A DNA stretch of 64,000 nt, taken from contig NC_087438.1 of the NCBI RefSeq assembly GCF_036321535.1, positions 25,420,001 to 25,484,000 on the forward strand. Direction: 5' to 3'. This DNA comes from Camelus dromedarius. Its lineage: Eukaryota. Every line of letters starts with the position of its first letter. Positions within the stretch are counted from its first letter, which is position 1. Below are positions 41,728 to 53,690 of the stretch, piece after piece. Under the pieces are notes generated by a model that was given only the letters and a program-made list of their open reading frames with translations, did no database searches and was not told the origin of the DNA. The translations under genes and the position numbers were made by a program.

Positions 41728-42414
41728 CAAGTCCAGGCTGGGGTTCTGGAATCCCACCAGCAGGCTTGCAGTTCAGGGCCCTGCTTCTCTCGCAGGGTGG
41801 TGCTTGGTAGCTCTATGAAACCTGGGCTTCACATGCAAGAAGTGAAACTTCATTCTCTACAGTCAAGCAGCATAAGGTGGTGCTTTAGAATCAAAAGCTA
41901 GGAGGGCTTCTGAGCTCAGCTCTGATCCCCTTTTATCAGGTAGATCACAGACAACTCACCGCACTTGGCTAAGCTTGGGTTTCCTTGTCCGTGAGATGGA
42001 AACGCCACCTGCTCTCAGGGTTGACATGAGGATTGAAGATGAATTCTGAACATAGTAGACTCTCCATGCGACCCTCTTGGGTGACAGTGAACTTGAGATG
42101 CCCAGCAATAACATTGTCAATGATGAGTCTGCCCTTGATAGAGATGAAGGGTGAGGAGAGGAGGAATCAGGAAAGAAGAAAATGTTGCTCACATTGCCAG
42201 GGCAGGAATGAGGTGGTAGTCTTCTTTTTTTAACTTGACCTACTTTATGAAGACAGTAAAAATCTCCTTCTGCTTTCTCCTTACCCATTGTCAACATCAA
42301 ATATACAAGCAATAGACATCAGGTCTGTGCCAGGAGCAAATGGCCAGCTTGAAGAGATGCCTTATGTGCTTTGAAGACGGTGCTAAGATTTAGGAGACTT
42401 AAATGTGATGTTGA

Positions 42415-42481
42415 GGGGGAGGGTATAGCTCAGTGGTAGAGTGTATGCTTAGCATGCACAAGGTCCTGGTTCAACCCTCAG
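42415..42481 (+). mobile_element. tRNA-Ala-derived camelid-type SINE, 3' end lost in the assembly gap
   Basis: ggggagggtatagctcagtggtagagtgtatgcttagcatgcacaaggtcctgg retains the TTAGCAT anticodon loop. Confidence 0.85.
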
Positions 42482-42612
42482 NNNNNNNNNNNNNNNNNNN
42501 NNNNNNNNNNNNNNNNNNNNNNNNNNNNNNNNNNNNNNNNNNNNNNNNNNNNNNNNNNNNNNNNNNNNNNNNNNNNNNNNNNNNNNNNNNNNNNNNNNNN
42601 NNNNNNNNNNNN
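42482..42612. other. Assembly gap (131 N)
   Basis: Run of N at the SINE 3' end. Confidence 1.
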
Positions 42613-43658
42613 GTTAACATTCAACATTGCTAATACCCAGTTGAACCGGGAAAGCAAAAGTCTTTAATTGATTGATGGTCTCAGTTTCCTTTTCTGCAAA
42701 TGAGAGAATTTTTTTTTTCCAACTGTCTCTCTTTCTAACTGGGTAGAGCACAGAGGAAACTCAAAGAATTTCATTAATGAATGAGCCACTTATCTATTTT
42801 GAAGGCTATTCATTGCCTAAGTCCAGACTTTTGTCCTCGTCACTGGTGTCAGGGCATGAAAGAGTTAAGTATGGGACTCTTATGAAAACACTTGTTACTT
42901 TTTTATTCATAGGCACTGATCACTTTAATTGATGATAAGATACCTTGCTTAAAACAATTAGCTTTGACAATACACGTATAAGCAGAACATTAAATTGTAA
43001 AGTTGTTCATTTTCTGCTTCCCTGCCACAAACATTAGATGAAAAAAACAAGAAAAGTAGGTGGAAGATGATTCCAAGTAATTTCAGGGCATTATTACAAA
43101 GTGAGGCTGGTGAGATTTGCGTCTTTTTGACAAATTGAAGGAAACCAGCAGAACAAATCTTGTTTCAGGAGTGCATTTTCCCTGCGTGATCCTCTAAGTG
43201 GAGATGCATTACCCCTAGAAAGAAAAAAATCCAAGTTCTGCAACTGCCAAAGATAAAATGACAAATTTGGCTCCCAGCAATACATTCTTGACAGCTACTA
43301 GAGTTCCAGGAAAAGAAAACAAGAAAATTAAATTTGACAGAAATGAAGAAGAAGAAAAAGAAGGGATTTTTACCAGTTAGCATTTCAATGATTTGAAGGG
43401 ATTGTAAGGTCATTCAATAACAGACCACTTAGGTGTCTCCCCCATTTTACCCAAAAGGCATGAATGTTACTTTAATGGAGTGCCACCCTATAGACAGTAG
43501 GTGGTGTCCACACGTCTAGTCCACAGGTTGACTGCGTGGTGACTTGCTCAAGACAAGTTGAGAACAAACGTGAGCCAACTACCTCACAGCTTTCCATCAG
43601 CCCTTATTTCTGTATTTCCAGAATACCTTTCCATGGAACTCTTGCAAAAGCCTATTCT

Positions 43659-43759
43659 GGGGGTGAGGGTATATAGCTCAGTGGTAGGGCATGTGCTAAG
43701 CACGCACAAGGTCCTGGGTTCAATCCCCAGTACCTTGGTGAAAAGGAAGTTGACCATCT
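43659..43759 (+). mobile_element. tRNA-Ala-derived camelid-type SINE with atypical tail
   Basis: SINE body flanked by a 14-bp TSD caaaagcct(a/g)ttct at 43645-43658 and 43760-43773. Confidence 0.85.
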
Positions 43760-43822
43760 CAAAAGCCTGTTCTCCAGTCTGAACTTCAGATTGAGGGGCC
43801 TGTTTGTGCCATGTTTGAAGAG

Positions 43823-44008
43823 CTGTGCTATTCAATATGGTAGTGGTTATTTAAATTAATTTGAATACGTTAAAGTGAATTATTTAAATATTAGTCGATT
43901 TTATTTAAAATGAAATGAAATGTAAAATACAGTTCTTCTGTTGCACTAACCACACTCCAGGTGCCCGAGAGCCTACGTGGCTAGTGGCTGCCGTGCTGGG
44001 CAGTGCAG
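43823..44008 (+). mobile_element. MER3 hAT-Charlie MITE
   Basis: ctgtgctattcaatatggtag...gctagtggctgccgtgctgggcagtgcag with an AT-rich centre. Confidence 0.75.
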
Positions 44009-44651
44009 ACATAGGTCTTGGCCGTCACGGCAGAAGGTCTTACTGAGTTCTCCCTAAGCTCAGGACGCTGTAGTTTGAGAGTGAAGGGTGGGAACTGGGA
44101 GAGGTGGTACAAAAGGAATATAGTTGGAGAAGATGGGTTGCGGTAGACTTCTGTGAGCAACCAGAGGGGTATTCAAGTCAAAAATCATCACTGATTGCTT
44201 ACTCTGTGAGCACCACACTTGAGAAAAACAGATGAATAAAAGAGATGTGGTTCCTATCCTCAGGATGTTCAGAGTAAGACCAAAAAAAAAAAAAAAAAAA
44301 AAAAGAACCCAAATAGATATTACAAAACTACTTTAATGCAAACTATAATGCCAAAGGGACATATCATAAGAGAGTTATGGGGGCACTCAGGCAGTTATTA
44401 ATGGAAATTAAGGATGAGAATAATTCAGTGCCTGAAGGGTGGAAGAAAAAGGAGACCCCAGGGTAGGAGAGGATACCAGAGGGAGATAACAGGGATTAGA
44501 GAAAAATGTCAGAGTGGAATTGCTAACAAACACAGCCCGATATGGAGCCAGGCTAGCAGAGGGTGGAGATCCCCTGTATCACCAAACATTCTTTATATTA
44601 GTTTCCCACCACTACGTTTTGAAAAATGTTTATCATTATTACCTGAAATGA

Positions 44652-44885
44652 TAGAACATGCATGTGCTTTGGAGTCAGAAAGACTTGGCTTGAATCCTAG
44701 CTCTACTACTTACCAGCTGTGTGACTTTAGGCAACTTACCTAACCTCTCTGAGCCGCTGTCTTCTTCCTCGTCTACAGAACTGTGGATTATAACATTTAT
44801 TTCTAAGTATTGTCACAAGGATTAAATGAAATAGTTTAAGTGAAAGCGCTTAACAGAGTACCTGGCACATGGCAGATACTCAACA
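44652..44885 (+). mobile_element. MIR (near full length)
   Basis: ctttggagtcagaaagac...gctgtgtgactttaggcaac...tacctggcacatggcagatactcaa. Confidence 0.75.
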
Positions 44886-47374
44886 GGGGTGAGGTTTCCC
44901 TTCCCTTCCCTGAAGACAATGGCTAAGTCTATAGGCTTTGGGGGCAGACTGCTTGGTCCAACTCCTGACTCTGCCTCTTACTGGCTGTGTGATATTGAGC
45001 ACGTTGCATTCTGAAGGAGACATTCCCAAGTGACAGGTGAGTGTGGATACATCACAGCTTAAGCTTGAGCCTACCACTTTTTTGGCAGAAAAGGGAACTA
45101 TTGGCAAAATCACTTGGTAGGACTGTATTCACACTTCTTATGTTAAGGATAAACGCTTGCCAGTTAATATCACACAGTAACAATTTGAAAATGGTGCTAA
45201 CTGATACTGAAGTGACCACTCAGAACAATCAGGGAGTAAAAAGAGTTAAGTAGGGTTATGTTTTATTTACATTTGTATGGTCAGCTCTGTTTTAATCTGC
45301 ATCAGTAGTGATACCTCATAATAATTCCTATGCGTTTACACTTTTAGAATTTAATCACATACATGTTGGGCTTATGGTGTTATCTCTTCTATAACAGATC
45401 ATCTGTTTCCTTTCCATTTATCTTATCTCCAAGCCAATACGTAATGTTCTTGAAAGCTGGAGCCAAGTATATGTTCTTTATGTCCCACGTGGTACCTAGC
45501 ACAGTCATGCACTTGTTGCAGAAGGAAGGATGGGAGGGAGGAAGGAAAAAAAGGGAGGAACCTGTGTTTGTGTTAGCAATAAACATGCATTTGACAATAA
45601 AATGGCCATACCAGGTAAGATTCAAACAGTCTATTACACCTAATATCCGCTGTCTAATCATGATATCATGACATCAAGTGCTGTGCTGTGGGAGACTCCT
45701 GTCCTTTTTTATGTCAATCACAAATAGTCAAGACTGCATCCTAGAAAAAACTTCAGGCCTCTGCAGCCATTACTTGTTCTAAATTATTTTAAAGAGGTAT
45801 ATTAAATTCTTTTGCTTACATTTTATTTAAAAAAAAAACATGAATTCATTCCCTTGTGATTTGGATGACAGGAAATCTTACAGAATAAACCACTGCCGTT
45901 GCCATCACCTCCTTCTCTCACTCCCCACCCCGCTGACAACACTGCTAATTGTCTGTGTGTTTCTCTGGAGCAATTTCTGTTTTATGCCTGTACCATGTTT
46001 TGGGTTGCTGACTTCCTCCTGGATTAAAGATTTCATGATTTTACAATTAAGAAGATATATTTACAATTACATTAGATATATTTATTCATCTAGTAAGTAT
46101 TTACTGGAGATCTGCTCTGGGCTGGGGGAATACAGTGATGGATTAAACATATAGTGTTGTCTTCCCTTGCCGTTGACATAGGGATTCCAAGAACTCTCCT
46201 TTGAAAGGGCATTGGGAGGGGGCGTTGGGATGGAAGCTAGATGGCAGGAAATTGGGGAGTGAATGTGCTGTACTGTACTGCTGTGGTTTTGTGAAATTTG
46301 GCTGTGAAAGAATGGCTTGTAATGAGGTCGTGGCTTGCGGAAATAGTGGGGTTGAGGGAAGATTCGTTTCAACATATGAAGACCTGTAAATTCATGTAGA
46401 AAGTATGTTGGAACACCTACCATGGCCAGACACTGGGCTTGTCTTCCACAGGAGTGTGTGTCACCCACGTTCATTCAACAAGCGTGCAGTGAGCCCTTCA
46501 CAGTTGGCTGGACACTGTGGGGTGCACAACTGTGTGCAAAATAACCACTGGCCTTTTACAAGCACCACTGTCATGTTTGAGGCAAAAATGTAGGAAAATC
46601 AAGCCTAGTGTGAGAATCGATTTATGGGGCCAGTTTCAGGAAGATGCTGGGGTGCGTGACTTACATGACCAGGTAGGAGGATTTATTTCGGACCAGTGGG
46701 AGAACATCTTTTCTTCTCATAGGAGGGAATGGCCAGATCTAGCCACCTATATTTCAAGACAAAGCTACCCCAGGTGCCAGGAATTTCCCTTCCCTTTCTG
46801 CACTCGTGGGTCATTTTGTTCCTGCCTTGTTACATTGTAAGCGAGAACTGTGTCTTGTATAACTCTATGTTGCACAAAATTTCACCTCTAGTAGACACTA
46901 AATAAGTATTTCATGGATAAATCTCACAATTAGAAAGGCAGAGATGTTTATAAATACAGCTAACTTAAAGCAGTAACTTGCTGCTTTATTTATACACCAC
47001 CCGTATTACAAACACATTAGTCACAATCTATTATATATAGCTTCTCTTCCAATAGTATGCTTAAGAACAATACAGAATTTACTGCAGCTGTAGTTGAGTT
47101 TTACACATTTTTTTAGTATTCTATCAAGCACATTATTATCACCATTTTACAGATTTCAAAACTGAGGCTCAGAAAGGTTATTTGCCTCAGATCACAGAAC
47201 TAGCAAGTGATAGGGCTGAGATTGAAATTTAGATTATTTCTGACTTTACCACATTATCCTAACAGGCACACACATATTCTTTTAATCCTCACAGTAATCT
47301 ACATAAGTATTATTAGTGTGCTAATAATATATTTCCTTTTTATTAACTAGTTTTTAATTAAAAAAGGAATAGAT

Positions 47375-47800
47375 GTCCCAGTCTAATGATGACAAAAGCA
47401 TCAGACAAATCCCAATTAAGAGACATTTTATTGACTAGTAGCCATTACTGACCAGTACTCCTCAAAAGGTCATCAAAAACAAGTCTAAGAAACTGTCGGA
47501 GCCAAGAGGAGCCCAAGGAGACACGACAATTAAATGCAATGTGGTGTTCTGGGTGGGATCTCGGAACAGAAAAAGGGCAGTAGGTAAAAACTAAAGAAAT
47601 TTGAATAAAGTATGGACTTTAGTTAATAATAATGTATCAATGTTGGTTCACTGTGACAAACTGTCAAAAATGCAACATACTAATGTAAGATGCTAATTAC
47701 AGGGGAACTGGGTTTAGGTATATGGGAACTCTCTACTATCTTTGCAATTTTTCTGTAAATCTAAAACTACCCTAAAATTAAAATTTTATTTTTAATTTAA
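47375..47800 (+). mobile_element. L1MC-type 3' end
   Basis: aaatgcaatgtggtgttctgg..gaacagaaaaaggg; gggaactctctactatctttgcaatttttctgtaaatctaaaac. Confidence 0.75.
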
Positions 47801-48033
47801 TTAAATGCATTTGAAAAAAATTCAAGCAGAATCAGAGCATATAAAATGAACAGTAAGTCTATCTCTTACATTTTACTCTTATTCTCTTGGTTCCCCTTCT
47901 GAGAGGCGACCATTGCTGCCAATTTCTTGTGCCTCCCTCTCTACAAGCACATACAGGTAGTGACATATTTTTCAGTAGAGAGACCTATGTTCATTACTTA
48001 AGACTCTAACTCCCTAGGTTCAAGTTAAGTAAG

Positions 48034-48498
48034 TGTATCGGTTTCCTAAGGCAGGTATAACAAATTATGACGAATTCAGGGGCTTAAAACAATAAGATTT
48101 ATTTTCTCACAGTTCTGGAGGTGAGGTATGTGAAATCAGCATCGCTGGGCCAATATCAAGAGGTCAGCAGAGCCTTGGGGGGAGATTCTGTTTCTTGCCT
48201 CTTCTGGCTTCTGGTGGCTGCCGCCATTCCTTTGCTTGTGACCACATCTCTCCCATATCTGCCTCTGAGGTCATGTTGGCTTCTCTTCTTCTGTGTATGT
48301 CAAGTCTCCCTCTAGTTCCCTCATTAAAGGATTATACTGTGATTACAGCGGGCCCACTGGATAATTCAGGATAATCCCTCCATTTCAAGAGCCTTAACTC
48401 AATCACGCCTGGAAAGAATTTTCAAAATAAACAGACATTCACAGGTTCGAGGGACTAGGGCCTGATATCTTTGGGAAGCTATTATTCAGCCCACTATA
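48034..48498 (-). mobile_element. MLT1C-type MaLR solo LTR
   Basis: tgtatcggtttcct...cagcccactata; TSD gtaag / gtaat. Confidence 0.8.
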
Positions 48499-49669
48499 GT
48501 AATTAAGTTTTTTAAACACTGAAGCTTTCATTCACAAATTAATGACAAGTACCAGAGCAAAACTGCTGTCCACACCTTATACGTGTTAATAAAACTAAGG
48601 ACAATCTTCTGATAAATCTCTAACAGCCCTCATCACTTTCCCTCCAAGTGACATAATTATATTCTCTTCTGTCATCTTAAAAGATGTGGGATGGTCTCAA
48701 GTAATATGCAGCTGATAACTTAAATTCAGTGCCTCAAGATATTGTTTTTCATTTTCCTTTCCATCTTCCCTTTCACAAGGGTAACTTAACTCCAGTGCTG
48801 CCAGCCACTTCTACCCTGTTGCATCAACTGCGGTTGTTCTAGCCTCATTGTCAGAGCAACGTGATGAAAGATCTCCAGCTTCTGATGCAAGACTGTGCTC
48901 CCTCGGTGCCCTTGTGCCCCAACAAGTTGGCTCCGTGCCTCGTGTGAGAACCAGGCTGTGGGATGGGGGAACATTTGCCAGTCTCTGGGGTCCCTGAGAT
49001 TCTGCCTTTAAAAGCAACCGGTAGGGCTTTACCCTTGAAGCAGAGGAACTCTGGAGAACTCTGTACCGAGGTGGGATCACCAGAACTGAGAGGAAAGCAG
49101 GAAGGTGATGCACAGTCTGGGAGGAGCAAAAAACAAAAACAAACACCCCAGCCTCCACTGACCTGCCATCCTCTCCAGACTCATTTGCTCTAACACAAAA
49201 GGTCGGACCCTCCAGGGACAACCTGGAAAATCTCATCTGCAGGATATACAGCACAGAGACCTGGTACTTTTGTGTTCTCATGTGATGAAGCATTGAAAAT
49301 GATGGTTAATATTGAGCCTATCAGGAGAAGCTGAGTTCAGAACTTAGCACTTTCCTACCTGTTAGGCTCTTAATCAACCTTAGCTAGTTTGGTTTTCACT
49401 GCAGGGAAGGAAGCAGTTAAATTTCAGTATGAAACAAGGGCTGCCAGTACTTTCATTTACCAGCATTAATTACTGCTCAGGGAAAGATTAAAAAATAAAT
49501 ACAAAGCACAACTCCAATTCCCCATAGCCCACCTGCTTGTTCTTTTCTGTAGTCAGCATCGTATTTACCAATATATTTTAAGCCAAGCATGAAGAAGTCA
49601 AGAATACCAATAACTTCGTTATTTGGAGTGTTGACAAAGGACATGATGGCACTGTAAGACACCACGTCT

Positions 49670-49812
49670 GTCCGGGCTCATTACACGGATATGCCCGTCC
49701 TCCGGGAGGGCTGCGGGAGGAACGAGTGAGGTAATGTATCTCGGGTGCTTCGCACAGTGCCTGGCAAGTGGTAAAGGCTTGATAAATAGCAGCTTTTGCT
49801 ATTATTAGCACC
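49670..49812 (+). mobile_element. MIR 3' half, strongly GC/CpG-shifted
   Basis: cacagtgcctggcaagtggtaaaggcttgataaatagc...tattatt matches the MIR 3' end. Confidence 0.55.
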
Positions 49813-51807
49813 ACGGTGGGGCCCGCATGGAAACTCCGCCCAGTGTTAGGCAAAGGGAGGAGGAGAAGCGAGGAGGGCACGGTAGGAGGAGAGAGAAGGG
49901 TGAGAAAAAGAGAGACCAAGAATTGGACAGACAAGTTTTCCAAGTTTGCCCCAGGATAAATTCTACTCTAGATATACCATCCAAAATGACCTGATTTTTA
50001 AAAAATCTGATTATTAGATGCTGCCAATTGAGTTAAAACTGCATGCTTTTTATTTATGAAAAAATAGCTTTCCAAGATTGGAAATTAAGGTGGTTTTTGT
50101 TTTTGTGGGTTTTGTTTTTGTTTGGTGGTGGGGGGGGGGTTGGTTTGTGTCTTTGTTTTACAAAAATGAAAGAACCAGGTGATTTTTTTTTTCCACCTAC
50201 TTAGTCCTGAGATTAAATCCTGGTGGATTATAGTTTCATAGACCGTCTGCCTACCTGGAGAAATCTGGGAAAAGTGCCTGATTGGGTAAATCTCCCCTCT
50301 TCTGACCCAGGCAACCAAGACCTCCCCTGATCCACATTGTGGAATAGGCGACATTTGCACCTTCCCTCACCCCATCCCCCTGCCTTTTCAGTGTAGAGAC
50401 ATAAAATACACAGCTGACAGCCATCCCCAGTTTCTCAATGGGAAGAGGGACATTGGTGTGGCTAGTCTGTATACTTATTTGTGTTCTGTATTAGTCCGTG
50501 GAGGATCTGAAGAGCTTTTCAACAAGGACACATACAATAATATTGTGATGTAATGTAAAGTGGAATAAAGAATCAGCAGCAGGGACAATAAAAATAAAAG
50601 TAGAAAGTTGAGACTAGGGAAAGACCATGACAGCTTATATAGGGCCTATGCCTCGAATTTAGCTTGAGAGAGAAGTTTCCAGGCAGCCAGAGCAGCAGCC
50701 TAGGAGCCAGGGCCCATGAGGCCAACCTCAGGCCCAGAGAAGAGGGAAAGTAGGAGTCTCTGGAATCACAAGGAGGCTTGTAGGGAAAAGCACACAAATA
50801 CGCAAGGCTGATCGGCCTGCCAGCCTGGACTGAGGGCAGCCAGTGAGCTAGAGAGACCCAACTTGGTTTTGTTTTTGCAAACCCGTTCCCGTTTGATGTG
50901 GCCCCAGGGAAACACAGATGACTAGTTTGCAGTCAAGGACACAGTGCATAGATAGATCAAGATGTTGGTTAAAAGTGGATCTAGATGCTTTTGAGATCAG
51001 CTGAGCAAGTGGTAAAGGAGGCGTCTGCAGGGTACCTGTGGACAAAGCCAGGAATCTCCTCGAGATCCAGGGCCTACCCTAGCATGGCAACAAATAAATG
51101 CCAAGGTTGTGGCGTTCTATATTTGTCACGACTCTGATGCTCTTGGCGTGAACTGTGCTTAAAGCAGGTATAACCAATTATTCAGAAGGTCAAAAAAAAA
51201 AAAAGAATCTCAGAAATACCGTCAGCTTCCCAATGAACCTGCCTGGATGAATTAGCTACACAATGTGCCCCTGGAACTAGAGGAATTCACCTGCAGCAGT
51301 GGTTACCAGATATGAACGAATGAATTTTGAAGGACATCTGCCAAAAGAATAATTTTGATTATAGAATGGTTACTATAGGATGGCTCTTAAAGAGGGGAAA
51401 CAGTTAGCCAGCAGGACCTCCTGTTTCCTAGGCAGGCCCTTTGGTTCCCGACCAGAGGTCAGTAAACAGTAAGCTTACCTGTTGCATTCTTCCATTATTT
51501 ATAGCCAGGTATCCAGAGGATTGCAAAGAAATTTCAAATCATTGAAACATAAGTTTGCAAATAGGAGAAAAGTAGCAAGACTAAACTATCTCAAATTATT
51601 ATCTAATTTCTTAGCAATCCATTCTGGTTAACCATGCGTCTTACAGAAGTATGGATGTACAGTGTACCAGGCTCTGATTTACGTCTAAGTTAATAGCATA
51701 ATAGCTTGGAGTTCCTTCGCCCCTCCAATTGCCTTTTCTGATTCAAAAAGTGGGGGGAGGGAATCCCTGCAGTGTCTCTTCCCCAGTGATCTTGTCCCTT
51801 ATTTCCT

Positions 51808-52255
51808 TATGATAAGCAAGATAATGGCCCCTTTAAAGGTATCCACATCCTAACCCCCAGAACCTGCGAATACAGTAAATCACACAGCAAGAGGGAATTA
51901 AGGTTGAAGGTGGAATTAAGTTGTTAATCAACCAACCTTGAGATGGGAAGATTAGCCTGGATTATCTCAGTGGGCCCGATATAATCATAAGGCTCTTAAA
52001 AGTGGAAGAGAGAGGCAGAAAAGTCAAAACCAGGGAGATGGCACCCTGAGAAAGACTCAGCCAGGCTTTGCTGGCTTTGGAGGTGGGAGGAGACCAAGAA
52101 CCAAGGATGCAGGCAACTTCCAGAATCTGGAAAAGGCAAGGAAACAGATTCTCCTCTTGAGTCCTCAGAAAGGAACCAGCCCTGCAGACACCTTGATTTT
52201 AGCCCAGTGAGACCTGCTTTGGTTTTGTGACTGTGAGATGGTAAATTTGCAGCTT
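51808..52255 (+). mobile_element. MLT1D-type MaLR LTR
   Basis: ataatggcccc..tccacatcctaacccccagaacctg; cagccctgcagacaccttgattttagcccagtgagac. Confidence 0.8.
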
Positions 52256-52329
52256 TACTGCTGTTTTATTTCTCCTCAACTGCAATTATACATAACCTAA
52301 GAATTCACCTCTCTCTCTCTTCCAGGCTG

Positions 52330-52504
52330 CAGTGATTCTCTGACTTTGCATACACATTGGAATCACCTGGGGATTTTAAAATGCTGAATGCTTGGTGCCA
52401 CACACAGAGATGTCTGATTTAGTTAGTCTGGGGACTGCCCAGGGATGGGAATTTTTCAAACCCCTCAGATGAATCTGATGTGCAGGTGAGTTTGAGAATC
52501 ACTG
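52330..52504 (-). mobile_element. MER5A/B hAT MITE
   Basis: Perfect 11-bp terminal inverted repeat CAGTGATTCTC / GAGAATCACTG. Confidence 0.8.
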
Positions 52505-53329
52505 TCCTAGAGGGTGTGACATATGTCCTCTTTAATGTCTCAGTGTCTCAATAGTTTTTGGTCTCATGCTCTTTGGACCATCACTGTTTCCCATCAGAAT
52601 CAAAGGCTGATGAAAGAACAATAAAAGATATAAACTGATAGGTAATTTTGGACAGGTTTCTCTCCAGAACAGACAGCATCGCAGGCAGTAGTGGAGAAGC
52701 CTTGCTTGCTCCTCGTGTGAAACATTGGCACTGGACAGTGGGCTCCTAAACCTCTATATTGTTCAGGATTTACTTGCAAAGAACAAAATCCATTGTAGCT
52801 AGTTTACATAGGAAAAATATTTATTATGAGCTTACTGTAAAGGCTTACTGAATCCCTGGGAAAGCTGAAGAAATACCCACTATGATAAGCTTTCAAGAAC
52901 AAAAAGCCGCAGTGCAGAAGTGGGTCCCCCAAGGAGCCTCTGCCTCCTCTGTGGTCAGGAAGCAGCTGGCCCCAGAATCCTACCACACAGCTGTGATCAG
53001 GAAGCTGCCACAAGGAGGAAGCTGCCCCATCAGGAAGTTGCACCATCCCTTCTCTGATACACACCAGCAGGGAGGCCTCGGGCTCCGCCTCTTAGTACTC
53101 ACACCGACTGAGTGACTAGACACTTGTGTCTATGTTAATGCTGCCATGGAGGAAAAAATGTCACTCCTTGACTGTGCTTTCTAGAAAAAAAAAGCAAGCA
53201 CAGCAGAAATACAGCTCCCTCTCCATTTCTGCCTTCCAAATCTTGCACATGTGTATTTGACTGGCCCAGCCTAACAACATCCAAAACCTTAGCTGCAAGA
53301 GAGTCCAGGTTAAAAAAATTTTTTTTTAA

Positions 53330-53690
53330 CTTTCTAACTTGCAAATTGAGAAAGTTCACAGAAGAAAGCTTGAAAGAACAATGTGCATCAATCCACCATA
53401 AATGCCATTTAGACTGCTCCTCTGGCTATTCAACATCCATACTTACCTTCTCTCCATATTTAAACTCTCAGACAATAACATAATTGTCTCTGCCAAAACC
53501 AAACCAAAAAACCCAAAAAACCAAAAGTACTCACCTACCCTCAAATGGGGAGAGCCAAATTTCCACGTCTGTGCATCTACCTTTGGGTGATATTCCTTCT
53601 CTGGTTCAGTAACAATTCCACCATGATATTCCATAATATATGAATTAACTTATAAAATTAACCACCATCAGTAGAGCATTTATAAAGTTT
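53330..53690 (-). mobile_element. Old L1M 3' fragment inserted at the ERV-L 3' LTR boundary
   Basis: Poly-T start and degenerate L1MC-like 3' UTR; boundaries approximate. Confidence 0.45.

Noticed and set aside
34458-42612. The two N gaps (34458-34660, 42482-42612) hiding genes or exons
   Set aside because: Both are short and sit inside repeats (an MLT1 LTR and a SINE tail), and all SLC1A3 exons expected in this span are accounted for.
33671-43759. tRNA-Ala(AGC)-like sequences as real tRNA genes
   Set aside because: They have extra 5' G/A bases, A-rich tails, TSDs and broken stems, so they are SINE copies rather than tRNA genes.
49804-49824. REST/NRSE site
   Set aside because: The left half TTAGCACCACGG matches, but the essential right-half ACAG is replaced by TGGG; half-site only.
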